Source: Candidatus Omnitrophota bacterium (lineage in GTDB: Bacteria; Omnitrophota; Gorgyraeia; Gygaellales; Profunditerraquicolaceae). Taken from it: DNA of 64,000 nt. The position numbers were made by a program, and so were the translations under genes. Positions 18,254 through 27,240 of this stretch are shown piece by piece (positions within the stretch are counted from its first letter, which is position 1; each line of letters opens with the position of its first letter). The stretch covers positions 206,932 to 270,931 of the forward strand of contig JAUSED010000005.1 in the NCBI GenBank assembly GCA_030650425.1. The letters run 5' to 3'. The notes under the pieces are model-generated. The model saw nothing but the letters and a program-made list of their open reading frames with translations, had not been told where the DNA came from and made no database searches.

Positions 18254-21200
18254 AGAAAATCAGCGCGTTTTTTATCAGCCTTGGCTTAATCCTCTCCGTA
18301 GTTAGCCTTGTCTTTGCCCAAAACGCCGATGTGTCGGGAGAGTGGTGGATAGATCCAACTGTCTATCCGATTATAAGCGCTAAAAGAGTACAAACGGACA
18401 TTATCCATCTGCCCACAGGAGATAAAACAGGTATTACTGAATCCACTGTAGCTGCCTCATTTGCGGCTTCAAGCGGTTTTTATGATGTAACTCAAAATAG
18501 CAACGGGGATATTAGTGCCTCAAGGTCGATAACGGATGCCGGCGGAACGGTTATCATAAGTACAATGAAAGGGAAGGTCACCGGCAATACTGTAACTTTT
18601 ACCATAGATAATAAGATGATATTCCCTTCAGACGCTATTACCGGATTTAGTGGTTATGAAGCTACCAATCTTGCCTGCTCCGGAACAATAAAAACCTCTG
18701 ATTTACCAAACACTATTGATTATACCTATAGCGGTACTTATTACCTTTACTCTCAGATGTCTACTCCTTGGGCCGATAGTTTTACTGTTACTACCGCAAC
18801 ATCTGAGAATACCGCCTCTCTTAGAATAACAAAATCCTCACCTCCGCCTCCGCAGCAACCAAACCCTCCTCCAGATTCTTCTAACGGCGAATTTTATAGC
18901 GATCCGCAAAATAGCGTAGGGGAGCCGATTAACTCGGTTACCGGGAATATGTATATCATTACCCCGGATTTAACCCTTTCGGGTAAAGGAATGAATTTTG
19001 CCTTTAGCCGCACCTATAATAGCCAGTCTGCCAGTAACACCAGTGAATCCGGCCCCTTAGGTTATGGCTGGACGCATAGTTATAATCTTTATCTTACGCA
19101 AGATACCCAGAATAAGCTTGTCAAAATAAAAGATGAGGAGGGGAAGGGCTATTTATTCGCGGATAATCAAGACGGTACATTTGTCTCCCAGCGCGGCGAA
19201 TATTCCATTCTCACCAAAGACTCATCTAACTTCATCTGGAGAAAAAAGGACGGCAAGCAATATATCTTTGATTTAGCCGGCAAGCTTACCCAGATCAAAG
19301 ACCGCAATAATAATACTATCAATCTTTCCTATAATAATCAAAACCAACTAACCTCGGTTACTGATACTTACGGCCGAAAGATAGAACTAACCTACTCAGA
19401 AGCTAGAATCAGTTCTCTAATTGATCCTTCAAGTAGATCCTTTATCTATACTTACGATACTCAAGGGAATTTATCTGCTGCCACTGATCCTCTGGGTAAC
19501 AGTACTACTTATACCTATGACTCCCAACATAACTTAACCAAGCAAACTGACCCCCTAAACCAATCGATCTATTATACCTACGATAGCTTAAACCGCTGCA
19601 CTTCCTCATCCGGAGAGAATAATGCCGGCAGGGTGGATTTGGTTTTTGATCCAGCGAATCACCAAACTACTATCACCGATTCTAAGAACAATAGCGCTAT
19701 CCATTACTACAATGATGATTCCCTGATTATCAAGGTTAAGAACACTCAGGGAAGCGAAAGTACCTCTATCTGGGATAATAATTTTAACCTGGTCTCCCGC
19801 ACTGATGCTTTAGGCCGCGCCACTCAGATGGAGTATGATGCAAAGGGTAACCTAACCAAGGTTACTGATGCGGATAATAAGATTACCTCTTTTACTTATG
19901 AGCCCGACTTTAATCTATTACTGACTTCCACCGACGCTCAAAGCAATCTCACCACCTATACCCGCGACGCCAGTGGTAACCCCACCAAGGTAACTGACGC
20001 CTACAACAACTCCACTAATTACACCTATAATAACGCAGGCCAAGTAACCAGTGTTCAAAACGCCTTGGGAAACTCTACTAATTTTACTTATGATACCCAA
20101 GGTAACCTGATTCAGGTAAAAGACGCTTTAGGCAATCTAACTACCTTTAGTTATGATACTATAGGTAACCTACTCCAATCCAAAGACGCCCTAAGTAATA
20201 TCACCAAGTTTACCTATGATAACCTGAATCAGTTGACTAAGGTTACTTACCCGGATGATACCACTCTAACTTACGTCTATGACTCAGCAGGTAACCGTAT
20301 TTCCGTAACCGATACTCTTGGCAATACCACCACCTCTACCTTTGATCAATTCCAGCGCATCACTTCCACCACTGATGCTTTAGGTAATAGTATTAACTAC
20401 GTTTATGACAGCGAAGGCAACTTAACCTCGCTTACCGATCAAAACAATAACCAGACTACCTACACCTACGACAGCTTAAACCGCCTAATCCTAGAGACCG
20501 ACGCCCTCGGCAACAAAAAGCAATACCAATATGATGCTGTAGGTAACCGCACTACTTACATTGATGCCAAAAATCAAAGCACTAGTTATACCTATGACAA
20601 ACTCAACCGTCTGACTAAAATCACCTATCCAGATAGAGATGTGAGTTATACTTATGATTCCTTAGGCAGGCGTCTAACGATGTTGGATGAGCGCGGCACA
20701 ACTAATTACACCTATGATAAATTAGGCCGCCTGACGCAAGTTGACGGCCCAAAAGCTAATGATACAGTTAGCTATACCTATGATAAGCTTGGTAACCGCT
20801 TGACTATGACTGATCCAACAAACAAAATCACTTCCTACTCCTACGATGCGCTCAACCGCCTGACTTCGATCACTGACCCGCAAGCTAAAGTTACTAGCTA
20901 CACCTATGATACTTTAGGTAATTTAACCAACCTAATTTATCCCAACGCTACTAAAACAACCTATACCTACGATACCTTAAACCGCCTGCTTAAACTTACC
21001 GAACAGCTAGCCACAAGCCCCTATACTAAGTTAGCTGAGTTTAGCTATACCTATGATCAATTAGGCAGGAGAACTCAAGTTAATCTTTTAGACGCAAGCC
21101 AGATCAATTATACCTATGATGCTTTAAGCCAACTCACTCAAGAGAACAAAACTTACTCGACCAGCCCTTATCAGATTAGCTATAGCTATGACCCTGCAGG

Positions 21201-22503
21201 TAACCGCCTAGAGATGATTAATCAAGGTGTAAAACACGCTTATTCCTATAATTCCCTAAATCAACTCACCGAGGAAAGTTTTAGCGGCGGCAGCAATCCC
21301 ACTAAAATCACAGTTACCGGAAGAGCCTCGGATGCAAGCGGGATCAAACAGGTAACCGTTAACAATATAACCGCAGCCTTAGCAGGGAATAGCTTTACCT
21401 GCGCGGATGTTACGCTTACACCCGGGCCAAATACCCTCACTGTCATAGCTACTGATCAGGCCGGTAACAGCACTACCAAAATACTCCACGTCACCTACAG
21501 TCCTACTACTAAGCTTATCTATACCTATGACAATAACGGAAGCTTGATTAGCAAGACAGGATCAGGCGATGCTCTTAACTTAAGCTATGACTCAACTAAC
21601 CGGCTCACCCGTTTTAAAAACTCTCAGCTTGATGAGACTTATCAATATGACGCAGAGGGTAAAAGAATCGCTAAGCAATCCGGCTCAAGCACAACAAACT
21701 ACCTTTATGATGGCTTAAATGTAATTCAGGAGAACACTTCAATTGGCTCAACTAACTACACCCGTAATCCCAATGCTCCGGGAGGTATCGGTGGTATAAT
21801 CAACCAGCAGTCTCCAAGTAATGTATCCTCCTATTATCATTACGACGGCTTAGGCAGCGTAACTAATTTAACCAACTCAACAGGAACAAATACCCAAACC
21901 TACAGCTACGATGCCTTTGGTAATTTACAGGGACTGTCCTCGAAGGGAACTGTCCCTGATCTTCGCGGATTCCTGACTAAAGAAGCTGACTCAACCGGTC
22001 TAAGTTACTTCGGCGCAAGATACTACGACCCCAAGATCGGAAGATTCATCACTCAGGACCCGAGCGGTATGAGTGATGGGCCGAATTTGTACTTGTATGT
22101 TAAAAATAATCCTGTAAATTTTGTGGATGCGTGGGGGTTGTGTAAGAATCCCTCGCAGTTAATCCTTCAACAATTATCGCCTTCAGATATAATCTTTGGA
22201 GTTAAACAATACTTAAAAGTTCTTGATTTACTCTCGCCACAACTACGCGCTACTTTAGATACAATAAGTAGTTTTTCTTCAAATAAGGGGCCATTGGAGA
22301 CGCTTGGCGGAATAGGTGGTGGATTATTGGGCGGGATTGGAGGATCAGCTATAGGGAGCGTAGAGGGTCCTTTTGGAACCTTTGTTATTGGCACAATAGG
22401 TTCATATCTAGGTTCTAAATTTGTATCAGATAAAGGTAAAGTCGCAGACGAATATTATTACCAAATAATTTATGAATTAATAACTAGAAAGGAAAATAAA
22501 TGA
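18250..22503 (+). CDS. Secreted Rhs/YD-repeat protein with C-terminal polymorphic domain
   Basis: Signal peptide, GEPINSVTGN (DUF6531-like), many YD repeats, core ARYYDP.IGRF...NPVNFVDAWGL. Confidence 0.92.
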   Translation: MKKISAFFISLGLILSVVSLVFAQNADVSGEWWIDPTVYPIISAKRVQTDIIHLPTGDKTGITESTVAASFAASSGFYDVTQNSNGDISASRSITDAGGTVIISTMKGKVTGNTVTFTIDNKMIFPSDAITGFSGYEATNLACSGTIKTSDLPNTIDYTYSGTYYLYSQMSTPWADSFTVTTATSENTASLRITKSSPPPPQQPNPPPDSSNGEFYSDPQNSVGEPINSVTGNMYIITPDLTLSGKGMNFAFSRTYNSQSASNTSESGPLGYGWTHSYNLYLTQDTQNKLVKIKDEEGKGYLFADNQDGTFVSQRGEYSILTKDSSNFIWRKKDGKQYIFDLAGKLTQIKDRNNNTINLSYNNQNQLTSVTDTYGRKIELTYSEARISSLIDPSSRSFIYTYDTQGNLSAATDPLGNSTTYTYDSQHNLTKQTDPLNQSIYYTYDSLNRCTSSSGENNAGRVDLVFDPANHQTTITDSKNNSAIHYYNDDSLIIKVKNTQGSESTSIWDNNFNLVSRTDALGRATQMEYDAKGNLTKVTDADNKITSFTYEPDFNLLLTSTDAQSNLTTYTRDASGNPTKVTDAYNNSTNYTYNNAGQVTSVQNALGNSTNFTYDTQGNLIQVKDALGNLTTFSYDTIGNLLQSKDALSNITKFTYDNLNQLTKVTYPDDTTLTYVYDSAGNRISVTDTLGNTTTSTFDQFQRITSTTDALGNSINYVYDSEGNLTSLTDQNNNQTTYTYDSLNRLILETDALGNKKQYQYDAVGNRTTYIDAKNQSTSYTYDKLNRLTKITYPDRDVSYTYDSLGRRLTMLDERGTTNYTYDKLGRLTQVDGPKANDTVSYTYDKLGNRLTMTDPTNKITSYSYDALNRLTSITDPQAKVTSYTYDTLGNLTNLIYPNATKTTYTYDTLNRLLKLTEQLATSPYTKLAEFSYTYDQLGRRTQVNLLDASQINYTYDALSQLTQENKTYSTSPYQISYSYDPAGNRLEMINQGVKHAYSYNSLNQLTEESFSGGSNPTKITVTGRASDASGIKQVTVNNITAALAGNSFTCADVTLTPGPNTLTVIATDQAGNSTTKILHVTYSPTTKLIYTYDNNGSLISKTGSGDALNLSYDSTNRLTRFKNSQLDETYQYDAEGKRIAKQSGSSTTNYLYDGLNVIQENTSIGSTNYTRNPNAPGGIGGIINQQSPSNVSSYYHYDGLGSVTNLTNSTGTNTQTYSYDAFGNLQGLSSKGTVPDLRGFLTKEADSTGLSYFGARYYDPKIGRFITQDPSGMSDGPNLYLYVKNNPVNFVDAWGLCKNPSQLILQQLSPSDIIFGVKQYLKVLDLLSPQLRATLDTISSFSSNKGPLETLGGIGGGLLGGIGGSAIGSVEGPFGTFVIGTIGSYLGSKFVSDKGKVADEYYYQIIYELITRKENK

Positions 22504-22916
22504 TGAGGGTTGTTTTAACGAATATAAAAACCGCAATCGTTTTCTTAGTGGAAATTATATGTATTTTTATGATTATAGCGTTTTCGGCGCTTTATTTCAT
22601 ATTTAAAAAAGGAGATTTTATATTTTTTGTAACTAGTATTTTGTTATTTAGTACCGGGTGTATTGTTTTAGATTTAATTAGAAGAAACAAAATCCCACTT
22701 TTTGTGACTAATATTACAAAGGTAGATAATTCTTCGAGATTAATGTTGGGTTTGCTTTGCATAGCCCTTGGTTTAAGTGGATTTTATTATGCTTATAGTA
22801 ATCCTAATGATAAATTGCTAGGTATTTTTGGGGGATTATTATTTGGTCTTGGTGGTATCGGTTTACTTATCCCGAATGAAAAAGAAAATAAAACAAGAAA
22901 AGAGAATAAGGAATAA
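22500..22916 (+). CDS. Putative membrane immunity protein
   Basis: AT-rich, about 4 TM segments, ATGA-coupled to the Rhs C-terminus. Confidence 0.6.
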   Translation: MMRVVLTNIKTAIVFLVEIICIFMIIAFSALYFIFKKGDFIFFVTSILLFSTGCIVLDLIRRNKIPLFVTNITKVDNSSRLMLGLLCIALGLSGFYYAYSNPNDKLLGIFGGLLFGLGGIGLLIPNEKENKTRKENKE

Positions 22917-22919
22917 CTA

Positions 22920-23016
22920 CAAGACACACAAGACACAGACAGTTTCTCCAAGACACAGACAGTTTCTCAGCTAATCGGGACAGTGTACCTCGCTCAAGAT
23001 AGAAGGTGTACCTTTT
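22920..23016. repeat. 20-bp tandem repeat plus degenerate REP arms downstream of RAYT
   Basis: caagacacagacagtttctc x2 (22929-22968); gggacagtgtacc; gaaggtgtacctttt. Confidence 0.7.
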
Positions 23017-23023
23017 GAGGAAA

Positions 23024-23509
23024 TCATATCTGTAGCTGATCTAGTAACCAAATGAATGAACTTTTGGCCAAAACTCTTTCTTGGCAGCTGCTCCAGCGGT
23101 ATTCTCCCGCTGAGTTTACAAGCTTTGCTCTGACGGGATTGAGTTCAACATAATGGGTACAGTCGATTAGATAGTTATCTTTGACAATCACCTTGCTCTT
23201 AAAGCGCCCTTGCCATAGATGGCCTACTTTCTGATAGCGTTTATTGAAGTATGCGGTGTAGGCTCTGGATAGCCCTTGCATAAACTTAGCCATATTGGCG
23301 GAAAGCCTCGGCTCTCCGATTAGGTGAATATGGTTTGGCATAAGGCAGTAGCCATACAACAGGAAACCGAATTTCCTTTTGAATCTTCTTAGGAATATAA
23401 GGTATCTCTTATAATCATTTTCATCAAAGAATACCTGTTGTCTTTGGTTGCCGCGAATGGTAATGTGATAACAAGCGTTTTTGATTAGTAGCCTTGGGCC
23501 TGTAGGCAT
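23024..23509 (-). mobile_element. REP-associated tyrosine transposase (RAYT, Y1 HUH)
   Basis: YHITIRGNQRQ, YCLMPNHIHL (HUH), GHLWQGRF, YVELNPVRA, YRWSS; SD AGGAGG before ATG 23509. Confidence 0.9.
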
Positions 23510-23578
23510 AAGCATCACCTCCTACATTAATAGACGTAAGATAGCCAGGAATCTAACGCAGATTTGTTAAAAAACTAG

Positions 23579-23638
23579 AAAAGGGTACACTTTCCAGCGT
23601 GGCATAGGTACAGTTTCCCGATTGGAACGGAAAGTGTC
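23579..23638. repeat. Degenerate family B hairpin upstream of RAYT
   Basis: aaaagggtacactttcc...ggtacagtttccc...ggaaagtgtc. Confidence 0.7.
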
Positions 23639-23648
23639 TGTAAGAAGA

Positions 23649-25628
23649 ATGTCGATAATCAAACGGGTAAAAAATCTAATCATAGGAAAATCGCGGAATC
23701 CCCAAGATTCTGCGATTTTCCACAAGCTATCGCTGATCGCCTTTTTTGCCTGGATAGGCTTGGGCGCGGATGGCTTATCTTCATCATGTTACGGACCTCA
23801 AGAAGCTTTCTTGGCATTGGGGAGCCATACTTATTTAAGCATTTTTGTCGCCTTAGGGACTGTTTTTACCATTTTTATTATCAGCACAAGCTATTCTCAG
23901 ATCATCGAATTATTCCCGGGAGGCGGCGGAGGGTATCTGGTAGGAAGTAAGTTACTTTCGCCTACGCTGGGGATGATTTCCGGATGCGCCCTGCTGATTG
24001 ATTACGTGCTGACAATCGCAATTTCTATCGCCAGCGGCGCGGACGCATTATTCAGTTTTATGCCTATGGGTTTGCACGCCTATAGATTAGCTTTCGCGGC
24101 GATCGTAGTCTTTTTACTGATGGTTTTGAATATGCGCGGAATAAAAGAATCGGTGCTCATCCTTACGCCGATTTTCCTGATCTTTATCGCCACCCATGTT
24201 TTTATTATTTTCTATAGTTTAATTAAACATTCATCAGCTTCAGGCGCGTTAGTAACTTCTGTTACCAATGAGGTGCATAATTCTGTTAATCAATTGGGTT
24301 TGTGGGGGGCTATTTTTCTAGTACTTAAGGCTTATAGCATGGGAGCAGGCACCTTTACCGGAATTGAAGCAGTGAGTAACGGCGTTCCCGTTTTACGCGA
24401 CCCCAAGGTGCAGACCGCCAAGCGCACGATGCGCTATATGGCCGTATCGCTCTCTTTTCTGGTTTTGGGTTTAATGATCGCCTATCTACTCTATCAAGTT
24501 ACCCTGCAACCCGGTAAAACATTAAACGCTGTCCTCTTTGAACAAGTTACCGCGGGGTGGGGAAAGTTCGGTTACGCGTTTGTTTTGATTACCTTGTTTT
24601 CTGAGGCTACCTTGCTTTTTGTCGCGGCGCAAGCCGGTTTTCTTGACGGCCCGAGGGTTTTGGCGAATATGGCCAATGATCGCTGGTTCCCTACGCGTTT
24701 TTCGGCGTTAAGCGACAGGCTGGTAACGCAGAATGGCATATTGATTATGGGTGGCCTGGCTTTATTGGTTATGTTTATAACAGGCGGTTCGGTTAAACTT
24801 TTGGTAGTTCTGTACAGTATCAACGTTTTTATTACCTTTTGTTTCTCTCAGGCGGGTATGGTGCGTCATTGGTGGCAGGCGCGTTCGCAGGTTAAGGATT
24901 GGTTAAAGAAATTCTTTATCAATGGCACAGGGCTTATTTTGTGCGCCTTCATACTTGTCTCTATGGTAATTATGAAATTTAACGAAGGAGGATGGATTAC
25001 CCTCTTTTTTACCGGAGCGGCGGTTTCTCTAGCTTTGTTGATCAAGCGGCATTACTACGCTACGGCCAAACTTTTACATAGATTGAACAGCTTGGTTACT
25101 GTCGCCGAATCTGCCGAAGAATCGCTGGCTAATCTTCCCTTAGGCGCGGGATTGGAAACAAAACCGGATCCTAAGGCTAAAACCGCGGTCCTCTTGATCA
25201 GTGGTTTTAACGGGATTGGGCTGCATACTTTATTTGGGATAATCAGATTATTCGGCGGAGTGTTTAAAAATTTTATCTTTGTTCAGGTGGGCGTAGTTGA
25301 TGCCGGTAATTTTAAGGGAAGGGATGAAATCGGGAGGATCGAGAGCGAAGTTAAAAATGATTTGGCCCGTTATATAAGGTTTATGAATAAGCAGGGTTTT
25401 TATGCCGAAGGGGTATTTGAAGTAGGTACGGATGTGGTGGAAGAGGTGGGTAATATCGCGCCTAAAATACTCGCGCGCTTTCCGTACGCAGTATTTTTCG
25501 GCGGACAACTAATTTTTCCTAAAGATTCGTTTGCTGTGCGTTTCCTGCATAACTATACTGTATTTGCCATGCAGAAGAAGCTGTACCGCGAAGGCATACC
25601 GTTTGTTATATTGCCAATCAGGGTATAG
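23649..25628 (+). CDS. APC-family permease (KimA/YdaO-like, possibly K+ transport)
   Basis: ADGLSSSCYGP, PGGGGGY, FTGIEAVSNG; soluble C-terminal domain; the TTG at 23622 is within a repeat. Confidence 0.8.
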   Translation: MSIIKRVKNLIIGKSRNPQDSAIFHKLSLIAFFAWIGLGADGLSSSCYGPQEAFLALGSHTYLSIFVALGTVFTIFIISTSYSQIIELFPGGGGGYLVGSKLLSPTLGMISGCALLIDYVLTIAISIASGADALFSFMPMGLHAYRLAFAAIVVFLLMVLNMRGIKESVLILTPIFLIFIATHVFIIFYSLIKHSSASGALVTSVTNEVHNSVNQLGLWGAIFLVLKAYSMGAGTFTGIEAVSNGVPVLRDPKVQTAKRTMRYMAVSLSFLVLGLMIAYLLYQVTLQPGKTLNAVLFEQVTAGWGKFGYAFVLITLFSEATLLFVAAQAGFLDGPRVLANMANDRWFPTRFSALSDRLVTQNGILIMGGLALLVMFITGGSVKLLVVLYSINVFITFCFSQAGMVRHWWQARSQVKDWLKKFFINGTGLILCAFILVSMVIMKFNEGGWITLFFTGAAVSLALLIKRHYYATAKLLHRLNSLVTVAESAEESLANLPLGAGLETKPDPKAKTAVLLISGFNGIGLHTLFGIIRLFGGVFKNFIFVQVGVVDAGNFKGRDEIGRIESEVKNDLARYIRFMNKQGFYAEGVFEVGTDVVEEVGNIAPKILARFPYAVFFGGQLIFPKDSFAVRFLHNYTVFAMQKKLYREGIPFVILPIRV

Positions 25629-25638
25629 TAGTTGGGTA

Positions 25639-25872
25639 ATGGTAAATAAAGAATTTTATAAAAGGATTAAAATCGCGGGAATGATTTCCTATATTCCCAT
25701 AATGCTGGCCGCGCCTGCCTTAGCCGGATTTTTTTTAGGTGATTACCTGCAAAAGAGATTTGGTTTGCCTTTTTATATTTCAATTTTTTGCATCGGTCTG
25801 GGTATCGTCATTGGCATAAGGGAGTCGATCAGGATCATCCGGCTTGTCTTAAAGATAGAAGATAGGAAGTAA
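25639..25872 (+). CDS. AtpZ/AtpQ-like small membrane protein
   Basis: GFFLGDYLQKRFG, two TM segments, first gene of atp operon. Confidence 0.7.
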   Translation: MVNKEFYKRIKIAGMISYIPIMLAAPALAGFFLGDYLQKRFGLPFYISIFCIGLGIVIGIRESIRIIRLVLKIEDRK

Positions 25873-25873
25873 A

Positions 25874-26245
25874 GTGCCCGAAGCGCTCAGGAAAAGCATA
25901 AAGATAAATATTGTTTTGGTGTTGATTGCGGCTTTGGTTTTTACGCTCATGCGTAAAATCAGCTTTAGCTCCGGACTATTAGTCAGCGCGGCCTGGTCAA
26001 CGGTTAATTTCTACTTAACTTTGAACTTATTTGAGATCGCCGCTCTGCGTAAATCCAAAAAAAAGCTTTTATTATTGCTTTTGATAAAATTTCCAGTATT
26101 ATATTTGTTGGGATTTTTAATTTTAATTGTAAAGTTTTTTCCGATTACAAGTTTACTCGCGGGTATGTCTTCAATTTTACTGGTTTTGGGGGTATCTACT
26201 ATATGGCCGAAGCGCGCCAAGCTCAACACGAGCTGCCAAATTTAG
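25874..26245 (+). CDS. atpI: ATP synthase protein I
   Basis: 4 TM segments, precedes atpB. Confidence 0.7.
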   Translation: MPEALRKSIKINIVLVLIAALVFTLMRKISFSSGLLVSAAWSTVNFYLTLNLFEIAALRKSKKKLLLLLLIKFPVLYLLGFLILIVKFFPITSLLAGMSSILLVLGVSTIWPKRAKLNTSCQI

Positions 26246-26964
26246 TCTCGCTACTCGCGGATAAAATCGGCAGGGCTACCCACTTAGGTGAACAAGTTTA
26301 TCTCTGGGAAAACGTCATCTTTTCCCTATTGATTGTTTTTGTCATTTCCTTGATTGCCTATCTAGCCTCGCGTAAATCTAAGATGATTCCGGATAGGCTG
26401 CAGAACGCGCTGGAAGTAGTGTTTGGAGGCTTAGATGATTTTATTTGCGGTATTTTGGGTGAAAAAGGAAGAAGATACACTCCTTTTATCGGCACGCTTT
26501 TTATCTACATACTCTGTATGAATTTAGCCGGACTTATTCCTTTAATGAAGTCTCCGACTTCCAGCTGGTCAACCACATTAGCTTTGGCGACTTGCGTTTT
26601 TGTATATGTGCAATATACCGGGATAAGAGAATTGGGGTTCTTGGGTTATTTGGATCATATGATGGGCAGGCCGCGGGGGATCCTGGCTTTTTCCGTGTTT
26701 ATCCCGCTGATGATGTTAATGCTGCACATCGTTTCGGAATTAGTCAGGCCGATAAGTTTATCTTTACGTTTACGCAGCAATATTTGGGGAGACGATCTGC
26801 TTCTATCAGTTTTAGCCGGATTTGGCCTGGTCGGGGTACCGTTATTAGTATTCAGCGCGCTGCTGGCGATCTTAGCCGCGGTAGTCCAGGCAGTAGTTTT
26901 TAGCCTTTTAACAACCATATATTTTGCCCTTGTGTTGACCCACGAGGAAGAACCGGGAGGATAA
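26203..26964 (+). CDS. atpB: ATP synthase subunit a
   Basis: RPISLSLRLRSNI, VQAVVFSLLT. Confidence 0.92.
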   Translation: MAEARQAQHELPNLVSLLADKIGRATHLGEQVYLWENVIFSLLIVFVISLIAYLASRKSKMIPDRLQNALEVVFGGLDDFICGILGEKGRRYTPFIGTLFIYILCMNLAGLIPLMKSPTSSWSTTLALATCVFVYVQYTGIRELGFLGYLDHMMGRPRGILAFSVFIPLMMLMLHIVSELVRPISLSLRLRSNIWGDDLLLSVLAGFGLVGVPLLVFSALLAILAAVVQAVVFSLLTTIYFALVLTHEEEPGG

Positions 26965-26965
26965 G

Positions 26966-27196
26966 ATGGATTACAAAGTAATGTTGGCATTGGCTATTCC
27001 GTTAGGGTTAGCGATAACCGCGTTTGGCTCAGCTTTTGCTTTAGGTAAGGCGGTTTCTTCGGCAATGGACGCGACAGGAAGGCAGCCGGAAGCCGCGACT
27101 AAAATCCTGATTAATATGGCTACAGGTTGCGCCTTTATCGAAGCATTGACAATCTACGCGCTGGTTTTTGCGTTTGTCTTATCGGGGAAATTATAA
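26966..27196 (+). CDS. atpE: ATP synthase subunit c (H+-type)
   Basis: RQPEA loop; IEALTIY without the Na+ ES/ET signature. Confidence 0.92.
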   Translation: MDYKVMLALAIPLGLAITAFGSAFALGKAVSSAMDATGRQPEAATKILINMATGCAFIEALTIYALVFAFVLSGKL

Positions 27197-27200
27197 AAAA

Positions 27201-27237
27201 CGAGATTGCTTTACCCCTTCGGGGTTCGCAATGACAG
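27201..27237. repeat. Half family C element between atpE and atpF
   Basis: cgagattgctttaccccttcggggttcgcaatgaca, near-identical (reverse complement) to the left half of the 42850 copy. Confidence 0.8.
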
Positions 27238-27240
27238 TTT

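Noticed and set aside
19300-21250. DNA-level repetitiveness in the Rhs gene as a tandem array or DGR
   Set aside because: Explained by YD peptide repeats; no reverse transcriptase or template/variable repeat pair seen.
23024-23518. Classical IS200/IS605 insertion sequence
   Set aside because: Motifs are RAYT-type (NPVRA, WSS); no tnpB or typical IS end hairpins adjacent.
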